Positions 41,001-53,406 of a DNA stretch of 64,000 bases are shown in pieces. The translations under genes were made by a program, and so were the position numbers. Numbering within the stretch: position 1 is the stretch's first letter; each line of letters starts with the position of its first letter. The notes beneath the pieces were generated by a model. That model worked only from the letters and a program-made list of their open reading frames with translations, ran no database searches and was not told where the DNA came from. The DNA is from Laetmonice hystrix (lineage: Eukaryota): positions 51,958,001 through 52,022,000 of the forward strand of contig OZ249436.1 of NCBI GenBank assembly GCA_965235115.1. Direction: 5' to 3'.

Positions 41001-42220
41001 TCCCCCTGTACTGTTTGGCCTCCCTGTACCGTTTGCTTGTATACAAGAGTAGCCAGTAGTATAGGGACGCCTCATGTTTCATGTTTCCATGCCTTTATTG
41101 TCCAGGAGGCAGGCAATACGTTTCGTCTATATCATCTACTCCAATCTAATCTGTGTCCCCTACAGACCATCTGTAAGCGTCCGACAACGTTGTCAGGTCG
41201 TCCCAATGACTGTTTGCCGTAAAGGGTTAGTTAACAATGGCAAATGACGTTTTACGCCTTTTCTATATCAGATATCCCATCTCCAAGTAACAAACAAACA
41301 AAGAAGGATGACACAGAGATGTTCCAGCAGAAAACACCAGGGTGCAGTGAAGGGGCGGCGGCCGCTGCGACTGCACTGCTACCTTCCGGCTAGCGGTGGA
41401 ACCACCACCTGGCCGGGCTGGCAGGCACCTGTGGCTCTGAGGCGAGAGACAGGTTAAAGCAATGATAAGCGAAAAAAGGCTACATTTTTGATACGTCCAA
41501 TCGAAACTACGCCCCCCATAATTATGATTCTTTGGCCAGATGTATGACTATCAAACGTATAGGTCTCGTACGTTCGCTACAGATATATCTGGTTGTAATG
41601 TGTAGGCCAATGTACACTTCCCATTTGAGTATCTTTTCCAGATTTTAACATTAGATGCTCCTCGCCTGTAGCTTTCTTTTTCCACAACCTCACTGTAGTG
41701 TTTGCACGGCTACTATGCCAGTCTGTAAGATGTAGGGACTTCTCACTCTACTGGTTGGCCTCCTACACTGCTTGGCCCCACAGTGTACTGTTTGGCCTCA
41801 CTGTAGTGTTCGCTTGGCTGCTAGGCCGGCCAGTATACCCTGTAGCGATTCCCCCTGTACTGTTTGGTCTCCCTGTACCGTTTGCTTGTATACAAGAGTA
41901 GCCAGTAGTATAGGGACGCCTCATGTTTCATGTTTCCATGCCTTTATTGTCCAGGAGGCAGGCCATACGTTTCGTCTATATCATGTACTCCAATCTAATC
42001 TGTGTCCCCTACAGACCATCTGTAAGCGTCCGACAACGTTGTCAGGTCGTCCTAATGACTGTTTGCCGTAAAGGTTTAGTTAACAATGGCAAATGACGTT
42101 TTACGCCTTTTCTATATCAGATATCCCATCCCCAAGTAACAAACAAACAAAGAAGGATGACACAGAGATGTTCCAGGCAGAAAACACCAGGGTGCAGTGA
42201 AGGGGCGGCGGCCGCTGCGA

Positions 42221-42275
42221 CTGCTGGTTGGCCTCCTACACTGCTTGGCCCCACAGTGTACTGTTTGACCTCCCT
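42221..42275. repeat. Double-deletion junction producing a 401 bp truncated repeat unit, copy 1
   Basis: GCTGCGACTG|CTGGTTGGCCTCC skips ~377 bp; GTGTACTGTTTGACCTCCCTGTACC skips a further 72 bp. Equivalent ORF ends 42071 and 42472 are 401 bp apart. Confidence 0.95.
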
Positions 42276-45174
42276 GTACCGTTTGCTTGTATACAAGAGT
42301 AGCCAGTAGTATAGGGACGCCTCATGTTTCATGTTTCCATGACTTTATTGTTCAGGAGGCAGGCCACACGTTTCGTCTATATCTTCAACTCCAATCTAAT
42401 CTGTGTCCCCTACAGACCATCTGTAAGCGTCCGACAACGTTGTCAGGTCGTCCCAATGACTGTTTGCCGTAAAGGTTTAGTTAACAATGGCAAATGACGT
42501 TTTACGCCTTTTCTATATCAGATATCTTATCCCCAAGTAATAAACAAACAAAGAAAGATGACACAGAGATGTTGCAGGCAGAAAACACCAGGGTGCAGTG
42601 AAGGGGCGGCGGCCGCTGCGACTGCACTGCTACCTTCCGGCTAGCGGTGGAACCACCACCTGGCCGGGCTGGCAGGCACCTGTGGCTCTGAGGCGAGAGA
42701 CAGGTTAAAGCAATGGTAAGCGAAAAAAGGCTACATTTTTGACACGTCCAATCGAAACTACGCCCCCCATAATTATGATTCTTAGGCCAGATGTATGACT
42801 ATCAAACGTATAGGTCTCGTACGTTCGCTACAGATATATCTGGTTGTGATGTGTAGGCCAATGTACACTTCCCATTTGAGTATCTTTTCCAGATTTTAAC
42901 ATTAGATGCTCCTCGCCTGTAGCTTTCTTTTTCCACAACCTCACTTTAGTGTTTGCATGGCTACTACGCCAGTCTGTAAGATGTAGGGACTTCTCACTCT
43001 ACTGGTTGGCCTCCTACACTGCTTGGCCCCACAGTGTACTGTTTGGCCTAACTGTAGTGTTCGCTTGGCTGTTGGGCCGGCCAGTATACCCTGTAGCGAT
43101 TCCCCCTGTACTGTTTGGCCTCCCTGTACCGTTTGCTTGTATACAAGAGTAGCCAGTAGTATAGGGACGCCTCATGTTTCATGTTTCCATGCCTTTATTG
43201 TCCAGAAGGCAGGCCATACGTTTCGTCTATATAATCCACTCCAATATAATCTGTGTCCCCTACAGACCATCTGTAAGCGTCCGACAACGTTGTCAGGTCG
43301 TCCCAATGACTGTTTGCCGTAAAGGTTTAGTTAAACAATGGCAAATGACGTTTTACGCCTTTTCTATATCAGATATCCCATCTCCAAGTAACAATCAAAC
43401 AAAGAAGGATGACACAGAGATGTTCCAGCAGAAAACACCAGGGTGCAGTGAAGGGGCGGCGGCCGCTGCGACTGCACTGCTACCTTCCGGCTAGCGGTGG
43501 AACCACCACCTTGCCGGGCTGGCAGGCACCCGTGGCTCTGAGGCGAGAGACAGGTTAAAGCAATGATAAGCGAAAAAAGGCTACATTTTTGATACGTCCA
43601 ATCGAAACTACGCCCCCCCATAATTATGATTCTTAGGCCAGATGTATGACTATCAAACGTATAGGTCTCGTACGTTCGCTACAGATATATCTGGTTGTGA
43701 TGTGTAGGCCAATGTACACTTCCCATTTGAGTATCTTTTCCAGATTTTAACATTAGATGCTCCTCGCCTGTAGCTTTCTTTTTCCACAACCTCACTTTAG
43801 TGTTTGCATGGCTACTACGCCAGTCTGTAAGATGTAGGGACTTCTCACTCTACTGGTTGGCCTCCTACACTGCTTGGCCCCACAGTGTACTGTTTGGCCT
43901 AACTGTAGTGTTCGCTTGGCTGTTGGGCCGGCCAGTATACCCTGTAGCGATTCCCCCTGTACTGTTTGGCCTCCCTGTACCGTTTGCTTGTATACAAGAG
44001 TAGCCAGTAGTATAGGGACGCCTCATGTTTCATGTTTCCATGCCTTTATTGTCCAGGAGGCAGGCCATACGTTTCGTCTATATAATCCACTCCAATCTAA
44101 TCTGTGTCCCCTACAGACCATCTGTAAGCGTCCGACAACGTTGTCAGGTCGTCCCAATGACTGTTTGCCGTAAAGGTTTAGTTAAACAATGGCAAATGAC
44201 GTTTTACGCCTTTTCTATATCAGATATCCCATCTCCAAGTAACAAACAAACAAAGAAGGATGACACAGAGATGTTCCAGCAGAAAACACCAGGGTGCAGT
44301 GAAGGGGCGGCGGCCGCTGCGACTGCACTGCTACCTTCCGGCTAGCGGTGGAACCACCACCTTGCCGGGCTGGCAGGAACCTGTGGCTCTGAGGCGAGAG
44401 ACAGGTTAAAGCAATGATAAGCGAAAAAAGGCTACATTTTTGATACGTCCAATCGAAACTACGCCCCCCATAATTATGATTCTTAGGCCAGATGTATGAC
44501 TATCAAACGTATAGGTCTCGTACGTTCGCTACAGATATATCTGGTTGTGATGTGTAGGCCAATGTACACTTCCCATATTTGAGTATCTTTTCCACATTTT
44601 AACATTAGATGCTCCTCGCCTGTAGCTTTTTTTTCCCACAACCTTACTGTAGTGTTTGCATGGCTACTACGCCAGTCTGTAAGATGTAGGGACTTCTCAC
44701 TCTACTGGTTGGCCTCCTACACTGCTTGGCCCCACAGTGTACTGTTTGGCCTCACTGTAGTGTTCGCTTGGCTGCTAGGCCGGCCAGTATACCCTGTAGC
44801 GATTCCCCCTGTACTGTTTGGCCTCCCTGTACCGTTTGCTTGTATACAAGAGTAGCCAGTAGTATAGGGACGCCTCATGTTTCATGTTTCCATGACTTTA
44901 TTGTCCAGGAGGCAGGCCATACGTTTCGTCTATATCATGTACTCCAATCTAATCTGTGTCCCCTACAGACCATCTGTAAGCGTCCGACAACGTTGTCAGG
45001 TCGTCCTAATGACTGTTTGCCGTAAAGGTTTAGTTAACAATGGCAAATGACGTTTTACGCCTTTTCTATATCAGATATCCCATCCCCAAGTAACAAACAA
45101 ACAAAGAAAGATGACACAGAGATGTTCCAGGCAGAAAACACCAGGGTGCAGTGAAGGGGCGGCGGCCGCTGCGA

Positions 45175-45229
45175 CTGCTGGTTGGCCTCCTACACTGCTT
45201 GGCCCCACAGTGTACTGTTTGACCTCCCT
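45175..45229. repeat. Double-deletion junction, 401 bp unit, copy 2
   Basis: Same two junction sequences as at 42221; ORF ends 45025 and 45426 are 401 bp apart. Confidence 0.95.
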
Positions 45230-48200
45230 GTACCGTTTGCTTGTATACAAGAGTAGCCAGTAGTATAGGGACGCCTCATGTTTCATGTTTCCATGACTTT
45301 ATTGTCCAGGAGGCAGGCCACACGTTTCGTCTATATCTTCAACTCCAATCTAATCTGTGTCCCCTACAGACCATCTGTAAACGTCCGACAACGTTGTCAG
45401 GTCGTCCCAATGACTGTTTACCGTAAAGGTTTAGTTAACAATGGCAAATGACGTTTTACGCCTTTTCTATATCAGATATCCCATCCCCAAGTAATAAACA
45501 AACAAAGAAAGATGACACAGAGATGTTGCAGGCAGAAAACACCAGGGTGCAGTGAAGGGGCGGCGGCCGCTGCGACTGCACTGCTACCTTCCGGCTAGCG
45601 GTGAAACCACCACCTGGCCGGGCTGGCAGGCACCTGTGGCTCTGAGGCGAGAGACAGGTTAAAGCAATGATAAGCGAAAAAAGGCTACATTTTTGATACG
45701 TCCAATCGAAACTACGCCCCCCATAATTATGATTCTTAGGCCAGATGTATGACTATCAAACGTATAGGTCTCGTACGTTCGCTACAGATATATCTGGTTG
45801 TGATGTGTAGGCCAATGTACACTTCCCATTTGAGTACCTTTTCCAGATTTTAACATTAGATGCTCCTCGCCTGTAGCTTTCTTTTTCCACAACCTCACTG
45901 TAGTGTTTGCATGGCTACTACGCCAGTCTGTAAGATGTAGGGACTTCTCACTCTACTGGTTGGCCTCCTACACTGCTTGGCCCCACAGTGTACTGTTTGG
46001 CCTCACTGTAGTGTTCGATTGGCTGCTAGGCCGGCCAGTATACCCTGTAGCGATTCCCCCTGTACTGTTTGGCCTCCCTGTACCGTTTGCTTGTATACAA
46101 GAGTAGCCAGTAGTATAGGGACGCCTCATGTTTCATGTTTCCATGCCTTTATTGTCCAGGAGGCAGGCAATACGTTTCGTCTATATCATCTACTCCAATC
46201 TAATCTGTGTCCCCTACAGACCATCTGTAAGCGTCCGACAACGTTGTCAGGTCGTCCCAATGACTGTTTGCCGTAAAGGTTTAGTTACCAATGGCAAATG
46301 ACGTTTTACGCCTTTGCTATATCAGATATCCCATCCCCAAGTAACAAACAAACAAAGAAGGATGACACAGAGATGTTCCAGGCAGAAAACACCAGGGTGC
46401 AGTGAAGGGGCGGCGGCCGCTGCGACTGCACTGCTACCTTCCGGCTAGCGGTGAAACCACCACCTGACCGGGCTGGCAGGCACCTGTGGCTCTGAGGCGA
46501 GAGACAGGTTAAAGCAATGATAAACGAAAAAAGGCTACATTTTTTATACGTCCAATCGAAACTACGCCCCCCATAATTATGATTCTTAGGCCAGATGTAT
46601 AACTATCAAACGTATAGGTCTCGTACGTTCGCTACAGATATATCTGGTTGTGATGTGTAGGCCAATGTACACTTCCCATTTGAGTATCTTTTCCAGATTT
46701 TAACATTAGATGCTCCTCGCATGTAGCTTTCTTTTTCCACAACCTCACTGTAGTGTTTGCATGGCTACTACGCCAGTCTGTAAGATGTAGGGACTTCTCA
46801 CTCTACTGGTTGGCCTCCTACACTGCTTGGCCCCACAGTGTACTGTTTGGCCTCACTGTAGTGTTCGCTTGGCTGCTAGGCCGGTCAGTATACCCTGTAG
46901 CGATTCCCCCTGTACTGTTTGGCCTCCCTGTACCGTTTGCTTGTATACAAGAGTAGCCAGTAGTATAGGGACGCCTCATGTTTCATGTTTCCATGCCTTT
47001 ATTGTCCAGGAGGCAGGCCATACGTTTCGTCTATGTCATCTACTCCAATCTAATCTGTGTCCCCTACAGACCATCTGTAAGCGTCCGACAACGTTGTCAG
47101 GTCGTCCCAATGACTGTTTGCCGTAAAGGTTTAGTTAACAATGGCAAATGACGTTTTACGCCTTTTCTATATCAGATATCCCATCCCCAAGTAACAAACA
47201 AACAAAGAAGGATGACACAGAGATGTTGCAGGCAGAAAACACCAGGGTGCAGTGAAGGGGCGGCGGCCGCTGCGACTGCACTGCTACCTTCCGGCTAGCG
47301 GTGGAACCACCACCTGGCCGGGCTGGCAGGCACCTGTGGCTCTGAGGCGAGAGACAGGTTAAAGCAATGATAAGCGAAGAAAGGCTACATTTTTGATACG
47401 TCCAATCGAAACTACGCCCCCCCCCATAATTATGATTCTTAGGCCAGATGTATGACTATCAAACGTATAGGTCTCGTACGTTCGCTCCAGATATATCTGG
47501 TTGTGATGTGTAGGCCAATGTACACTTCCCATTTGAGTATCTTTTCCAGATTTTAACATTAGATGCTCCTCGCATGTAGCTTTCTTTTTCCACAACCTCA
47601 CTGTAGTGTTTGCATGGCTACTACGCCAGTCTGTAAGATGTAGGGACTTCTCACTCTACTGGTTGGCCTCCTACACTGCTTGGCCCCACAGTGTACTGTT
47701 TGGCCTCACTGTAGTGTTCGCTTGGCTGCTAGGCCGGTCAGTATACCCTGTAGCGATTCCCCCTGTACTGTTTGGCCTCCCTGTACCGTTTGCTTGTATA
47801 CAAGAGTAGCCAGTAGTATAGGGACGCCTCATGTTTCATGTTTCCATGCCTTTATTGTCCAGGAGGCAGGCCATACGTTTCGTCTATGTCATCTACTCCA
47901 ATCTAATCTGTGTCCCCTACAGACCATCTGTAAGCGTCCGACAACGTTGTCAGGTCGTCCCAATGACTGTTTGCCGTAAAGGTTTAGTTAACAATGGCAA
48001 ATGACGTTTTACGCCTTTTCTATATCAGATATCCCATCTCCAAGTAACAAACAAACAAAGAAGGATGACACAGAGATGTTGCAGGCAGAAAACACCAGGG
48101 TGCAGTGAAGGGGCGGCGGCCGCTGCGACTGCACTGCTACCTTCCGGCTAGCGGTGGAACCACCACCTGGCCGGGCTGGCAGGCACCTGTGGCTCTGAGG

Positions 48201-49042
48201 CGAGAGACAGGTTAAAGCAATGATAAGCGAAGAAAGGCTACATTTTTGATACGTCCAATCGAAACTACGCCCCCCATAATTATGATTCTTGGGCCAGATG
48301 TATGACTATCAAACGTATAGGTCTCGTACGTTCGCTACAGATATATCTGGTTGTAATGTGTAGGCCAATGTACACTTCCCATTTGAGTATCTTTTCCAGA
48401 TTTTAACATTAGATGCTCCTCGCCTGTAGCTTTCTTTTTCCACAACCTCACTGTAGTGTTTGCACGGCTACTATGCCAGTCTGTAAGATGTAGGGACTTC
48501 TCACTCTACTGGTTGGCCTCCTACACTGCTTGGCCCCACAGTGTACTGTTTGGCCTCACTGTAGTGTTCGCTTGGCTGCTAGGCCGGTCAGTATACCCTG
48601 TAGCGATTCCCCCTGTACTGTTTGGCCTCCCTGTACCGTTTGCTTGTATACAAGAGTAGCCAGTAGTATAGGGACGCCTCATGTTTCATGTTTCCATGCC
48701 TTTATTGTCCAGGAGGCAGGCCATACGTTTCGTCTATGTCATCTACTCCAATCTAATCTGTGTCCCCTACAGACCATCTGTAAGCGTCCGACAACGTTGT
48801 CAGGTCGTCCCAATGACTGTTTGCCGTAAAGGTTTAGTTAACAATGGCAAATGACGTTTTACGCCTTTTCTATATCAGATATCCCATCTCCAAGTAACAA
48901 ACAAACAAAGAAGGATGACACAGAGATGTTGCAGGCAGAAAACACCAGGGTGCAGTGAAGGGGCGGCGGCCGCTGCGACTGCACTGCTACCTTCCGGCTA
49001 GCGGTGGAACCACCACCTGGCCGGGCTGGCAGGCACCTGTGG

Positions 49043-49313
49043 GTGGGGTGGGTGGGTATTTGGGGTTTTACGCCTTGCAACAGCCAGGGTCATATCACGG
49101 CGGTGACGATGAGATGAAAGTCAGTTTTTCTTGGTGGAGGAAACCGGAGTACCCGGAGGAAACCACCGACCTTCGGGAAGGAACTGACTGACAAACCTTT
49201 CACACATGCAGCCCAGGCCGGGAATCGAACCCGGGTCGCAGCGGTGTGAGGCGATGGTCCTAGGTGTCATGATGGAGCCGACACCTTAGACCACTTGGCC
49301 ACCCGAGGCCCCC
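49043..49313 (-). mobile_element. tRNA-derived SINE with V-SINE-like central domain, copy 1
   Basis: The minus strand begins GGGGGCCTCGGG, with A box TGGCCAAGTGG (49291-49301), B box GGTTCGATTCC (49221-49231), central GGTCGGTGGTTTCCTCCGGGTACTCCGGTTTCCTCCACC (49133-49171) resembling the V-SINE conserved domain, and a (CCCA)n-like tail. A 14 bp TSD GCAGGCACCTGTGG lies at 49029-49042 and 49314-49327; it occurs once in empty monomers. Confidence 0.93.
49221..49301 (-). promoter_or_regulatory. RNA polymerase III type 2 internal promoter (A box + B box) of the SINE; equivalent in all six copies
   Basis: TGGCC(A/G)AGTGG fits the A box consensus TRGCNNARYGG, and GGTTCGATTCC fits the B box consensus GGTTCGANTCC; spacing is 59 nt. 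Confidence 0.85.
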
Positions 49314-50115
49314 GCAGGCACCTGTGGCTCTGAGGCGAGAGGCAGGTTAAAGCAATGATAAGCGAAGAAAGGCTACATTTTTGATACGTCCAATCGAAAC
49401 TACGCCCCCCATAATTATGATTCTTAGGCCAGATGTATGACTATCAAACGTATAGGTCTCGTACGTTCGCTACAGATATATCTGGTTGTGATGTGTAGGC
49501 CAATGTACACTTCCCATATTTGAGTATCTTTTCCACATTTTAACATTAGATGCTCCTCGCCTGTAGCTTTTTTTTCCCACAACCTTACTGTAGTGTTTGC
49601 ATGGCTACTACGCCAGTCTGTAAGATGTAGGGACTTCTCACTCTACTGGTTGGCCTCCTACACTGCTTGGCCCCACAGTGTACTGTTTGGCCTCACTGTA
49701 GTGTTCGCTTGGCTGCTAGGCCGGCCAGTATACCCTGTAGCGATTCCCCCTGTACTGTTTGGCCTCCCTGTACCGTTTGCTTGTATACAAGAGTAGCCAG
49801 TAGTATAGGGACGCCTCATGTTTCATGTTTCCATGACTTTATTGTCCAGGAGGCAGGCCATACGTTTCGTCTATATCATGTACTCCAATCTAATCTGTGT
49901 CCCCTACAGACCATCTGTAAGCGTCCGACAACGTTGTCAGGTCGTCCTAATGACTGTTTGCCGTAAAGGTTTAGTTAACAATGGCAAATGACGTTTTACG
50001 CCTTTTCTATATCAGATATCCCATCCCCAAGTAACAAACAAACAAAGAAAGATGACACAGAGATGTTCCAGGCAGAAAACACCAGGGTGCAGTGAAGGGG
50101 CGGCGGCCGCTGCGA

Positions 50116-50170
50116 CTGCTGGTTGGCCTCCTACACTGCTTGGCCCCACAGTGTACTGTTTGACCTCCCT
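50116..50170. repeat. Double-deletion junction, 401 bp unit, copy 3
   Basis: Same two junction sequences; ORF ends 49966 and 50367 are 401 bp apart. Confidence 0.95.
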
Positions 50171-53135
50171 GTACCGTTTGCTTGTATACAAGAGTAGCCA
50201 GTAGTATAGGGACGCCTCATGTTTCATGTTTCCATGACTTTATTGTCCAGGAGGCAGGCCACACGTTTCGTCTATATCTTCAACTCCAATCTAATCTGTG
50301 TCCCCTACAGACCATCTGTAAACGTCCGACAACGTTGTCAGGTCGTCCCAATGACTGTTTACCGTAAAGGTTTAGTTAACAATGGCAAATGACGTTTTAC
50401 GCCTTTTCTATATCAGATATCCCATCCCCAAGTAATAAACAAACAAAGAAAGATGACACAGAGATGTTGCAGGCAGAAAACACCAGGGTGCAGTGAAGGG
50501 GCGGCGGCCGCTGCGACTGCACTGCTACCTTCCGGCTAGCGGTGAAACCACCACCTGGCCGGGCTGGCAGGCACCTGTGGCTCTGAGGCGAGAGACAGGT
50601 TAAAGCAATGATAAGCGAAAAAAGGCTACATTTTTGATACGTCCAATCGAAACTACGCCCCCCATAATTATGATTCTTAGGCCAGATGTATGACTATCAA
50701 ACGTATAGGTCTCGTACGTTCGCTACAGATATATCTGGTTGTGATGTGTAGGCCAATGTACACTTCCCATTTGAGTACCTTTTCCAGATTTTAACATTAG
50801 ATGCTCCTCGCCTGTAGCTTTCTTTTTCCACAACCTCACTGTAGTGTTTGCATGGCTACTACGCCAGTCTGTAAGATGTAGGGACTTCTCACTCTACTGG
50901 TTGGCCTCCTACACTGCTTGGCCCCACAGTGTACTGTTTGGCCTCACTGTAGTGTTCGATTGGCTGCTAGGCCGGCCAGTATACCCTGTAGCGATTCCCC
51001 CTGTACTGTTTGGCCTCCCTGTACCGTTTGCTTGTATACAAGAGTAGCCAGTAGTATAGGGACGCCTCATGTTTCATGTTTCCATGCCTTTATTGTCCAG
51101 GAGGCAGGCAATACGTTTCGTCTATATCATCTACTCCAATCTAATCTGTGTCCCCTACAGACCATCTGTAAGCGTCCGACAACGTTGTCAGGTCGTCCCA
51201 ATGACTGTTTGCCGTAAAGGTTTAGTTACCAATGGCAAATGACGTTTTACGCCTTTGCTATATCAGATATCCCATCCCCAAGTAACAAACAAACAAAGAA
51301 GGATGACACAGAGATGTTCCAGGCAGAAAACACCAGGGTGCAGTGAAGGGGCGGCGGCCGCTGCGACTGCACTGCTACCTTCCGGCTAGCGGTGAAACCA
51401 CCACCTGACCGGGCTGGCAGGCACCTGTGGCTCTGAGGCGAGAGACAGGTTAAAGCAATGATAAACGAAAAAAGGCTACATTTTTTATACGTCCAATCGA
51501 AACTACGCCCCCCATAATTATGATTCTTAGGCCAGATGTATAACTATCAAACGTATAGGTCTCGTACGTTCGCTACAGATATATCTGGTTGTGATGTGTA
51601 GGCCAATGTACACTTCCCATTTGAGTATCTTTTCCAGATTTTAACATTAGATGCTCCTCGCATGTAGCTTTCTTTTTCCACAACCTCACTGTAGTGTTTG
51701 CATGGCTACTACGCCAGTCTGTAAGATGTAGGGACTTCTCACTCTACTGGTTGGCCTCCTACACTGCTTGGCCCCACAGTGTACTGTTTGGCCTCACTGT
51801 AGTGTTCGCTTGGCTGCTAGGCCGGTCAGTATACCCTGTAGCGATTCCCCCTGTACTGTTTGGCCTCCCTGTACCGTTTGCTTGTATACAAGAGTAGCCA
51901 GTAGTATAGGGACGCCTCATGTTTCATGTTTCCATGCCTTTATTGTCCAGGAGGCAGGCCATACGTTTCGTCTATGTCATCTACTCCAATCTAATCTGTG
52001 TCCCCTACAGACCATCTGTAAGCGTCCGACAACGTTGTCAGGTCGTCCCAATGACTGTTTGCCGTAAAGGTTTAGTTAACAATGGCAAATGACGTTTTAC
52101 GCCTTTTCTATATCAGATATCCCATCCCCAAGTAACAAACAAACAAAGAAGGATGACACAGAGATGTTGCAGGCAGAAAACACCAGGGTGCAGTGAAGGG
52201 GCGGCGGCCGCTGCGACTGCACTGCTACCTTCCGGCTAGCGGTGGAACCACCACCTGGCCGGGCTGGCAGGCACCTGTGGCTCTGAGGCGAGAGACAGGT
52301 TAAAGCAATGATAAGCGAAGAAAGGCTACATTTTTGATACGTCCAATCGAAACTACGCCCCCCCCCCCATAATTATGATTCTTAGGCCAGATGTATGACT
52401 ATCAAACGTATAGGTCTCGTACGTTCGCTCCAGATATATCTGGTTGTGATGTGTAGGCCAATGTACACTTCCCATTTGAGTATCTTTTCCAGATTTTAAC
52501 ATTAGATGCTCCTCGCATGTAGCTTTCTTTTTCCACAACCTCACTGTAGTGTTTGCATGGCTACTACGCCAGTCTGTAAGATGTAGGGACTTCTCACTCT
52601 ACTGGTTGGCCTCCTACACTGCTTGGCCCCACAGTGTACTGTTTGGCCTCACTGTAGTGTTCGCTTGGCTGCTAGGCCGGTCAGTATACCCTGTAGCGAT
52701 TCCCCCTGTACTGTTTGGCCTCCCTGTACCGTTTGCTTGTATACAAGAGTAGCCAGTAGTATAGGGACGCCTCATGTTTCATGTTTCCATGCCTTTATTG
52801 TCCAGGAGGCAGGCCATACGTTTCGTCTATGTCATCTACTCCAATCTAATCTGTGTCCCCTACAGACCATCTGTAAGCGTCCGACAACGTTGTCAGGTCG
52901 TCCCAATGACTGTTTGCCGTAAAGGTTTAGTTAACAATGGCAAATGACGTTTTACGCCTTTTCTATATCAGATATCCCATCTCCAAGTAACAAACAAACA
53001 AAGAAGGATGACACAGAGATGTTGCAGGCAGAAAACACCAGGGTGCAGTGAAGGGGCGGCGGCCGCTGCGACTGCACTGCTACCTTCCGGCTAGCGGTGG
53101 AACCACCACCTGGCCGGGCTGGCAGGCACCTGTGG

Positions 53136-53406
53136 GTGGGGTGGGTGGGTATTTGGGGTTTTACGCCTTGCAACAGCCAGGGTCATATCACGGCGGTGAC
53201 GATGAGATGAAAGTCAGTTTTTCTTGGTGGAGGAAACCGGAGTACCCGGAGGAAACCACCGACCTTCGGGAAGGAACTGACTGACAAACCTTTCACACAT
53301 GCAGCCCAGGCCGGGAATCGAACCCGGGTCGCAGCGGTGTGAGGCGATGGTCCTAGGTGTCATGATGGAGCCGACACCTTAGACCACTCGGCCACCCGAG
53401 GCCCCC
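53136..53406 (-). mobile_element. tRNA-derived SINE, copy 2
   Basis: Same 271 bp element and TSD (53122-53135, 53407-53420); A box TGGCCGAGTGG at 53384-53394, B box at 53314-53324. Confidence 0.93.

Noticed and set aside
48955..49191. 78 aa ORF containing WWRKPEYPEETTD
   Set aside because: It is the antisense translation of the SINE central domain across the insertion junction, not a gene.
49215..49313. Functional tRNA gene
   Set aside because: A and B boxes are present but there is no clean cloverleaf, and the segment continues into a SINE body bounded by TSDs.
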